This document shows, piece by piece, positions 31,198-32,000 of a DNA stretch of 32,000 nucleotides. A program made the translations under genes and the position numbers. Under the pieces are notes generated by a model. The model worked only from the letters and a program-made list of their open reading frames with translations, had not been told where the DNA came from and did no database searches. Source of the DNA: Candidatus Kuenenia stuttgartensis (GTDB lineage: Bacteria; Planctomycetota; Brocadiia; Brocadiales; Brocadiaceae). The DNA lies in assembly GCF_900232105.1 (NCBI RefSeq), contig NZ_LT934425.1, forward strand, positions 1,650,001 to 1,682,000, read 5' to 3'. Position 1 is the stretch's first letter; every line of letters starts with the position of its first letter.

Positions 31198-32000
31198 TCA
31201 CATGCCAATACCGTCAATAACTGCACCACATTTCGAACACTTTGAATTGGTAATATTATTTTCAAGGATTTGGTAGCCATATCTTTTGATGAGCATTTTA
31301 TTGCATTGATAACAATACGTATTTTCTCCCCCTTCGCCGGGGACATTGCCTTCGTAAACGTAACGCAGTCCCGCCTCCAAACCAATCGTACGCGCTCTTC
31401 TCAATGTTTCAACAGGAGTAGGCGGTGTATCGGGCAACCGGCATCTTGGATAAAAGCGACTAACATGCCAGGGGATTTCAGGTCCTACACTCCTGATAAA
31501 TCCGGCAATCTGTTTTAATTCCGAGTCGGAGTCATTAATTCCGGGAATGATAAGGGTGGTTATTTCTATCCAGATGCCCAATTCTTTATAAGCACGAATA
31601 CAATTCAGCACGGGTTCAAGTCTTGCCCCGCAAATCCTCTTATACGTTTCGTCGGAAAAACTTTTCAAATCGATATTTGCCGCATGAAGACAGGGTTGTA
31701 TAGTTGACAAAGCCTCATACGTCGTGTATCCATTCGTTACGAACACGTTCATAATTGACCTTGAAGAGGCCAATTGTGCAATTTCATACGCATATTCAAA
31801 AAAAATAGTGGGCTCTGTATAGGTGTAGGCAATGCTTTTACAGTTATACTCCAGGGCGTCTTCAACAATCTTTTCCGGCGGCACCTCTTTGCCGGGTATC
31901 GTGTCTGAATCTTTGGGGAGTTGTGATATTTCATAATTTTGGCAATTAAGACATCTGAAGTTACACCCCGCCGTTGCTACAGAGTAAGAAGTTGACCCAG
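31198..32000 (-). CDS. AmrS-like (AmmeMemoRadiSam) / PflA-like radical SAM enzyme, N-terminus cut by the right edge
   Basis: Frame is open to the window end: GSTSYSVATAGCNFRCLNCQNYEISQLPKDSDTIPGKEVPPEKIVEDAL..., CxxxCxxC radical-SAM motif, TYTEPTIFFEYAYE, C-terminal NTYCYQC...SKCSKCG. Confidence 0.85.
   Translation of the reverse strand, partial: GSTSYSVATAGCNFRCLNCQNYEISQLPKDSDTIPGKEVPPEKIVEDALEYNCKSIAYTYTEPTIFFEYAYEIAQLASSRSIMNVFVTNGYTTYEALSTIQPCLHAANIDLKSFSDETYKRICGARLEPVLNCIRAYKELGIWIEITTLIIPGINDSDSELKQIAGFIRSVGPEIPWHVSRFYPRCRLPDTPPTPVETLRRARTIGLEAGLRYVYEGNVPGEGGENTYCYQCNKMLIKRYGYQILENNITNSKCSKCGAVIDGIGM

Overview
This window looks like a chromosomal fragment of an anammox-type planctomycete; that placement is inference from protein character only and no database was searched. 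Left part, mostly intact genes: partial purB, groEL/groES, a stand-alone receiver protein, and a hydrogenase-4/formate-hydrogenlyase-like gene set (hyfB, hyfC, hyfE, hyfF, hyfG and a fused hyfH-hyfI). These are followed by a UbiA-family prenyltransferase, a DUF202 protein, an SLC13/TrkA-C permease, an RmlD-like SDR and a membrane-anchored coiled-coil protein. From about 19.46 kb to 29.52 kb every recognisable gene (dnaE, glyQ, htpG, xerC/D, pabB, pabC-like and a small secreted-protein gene) is broken by small indels. The encoded amino acids are otherwise well conserved, so the choice is between sequencing or assembly error and very recent decay. Genes look intact again after about 29.97 kb (NrdD-C-terminus-like small protein, UspA, partial AmrS-like radical SAM). 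Non-coding structure includes a 19-bp-arm inverted-repeat element with a half copy, a three-copy AT-rich interspersed repeat, a perfect 31-bp palindrome beside a putative -35 box, and two strong terminators. The best system-level candidate is the group 4 [NiFe]-hydrogenase-like complex. It lacks hyfA and hyfD, has a HyfH-HyfI fusion, carries a MazF/PemK remnant between hyfB and hyfC, and has an altered large-subunit C-terminus with no cleavable extension. I saw no CRISPR array, transposase gene, tRNA or rRNA.
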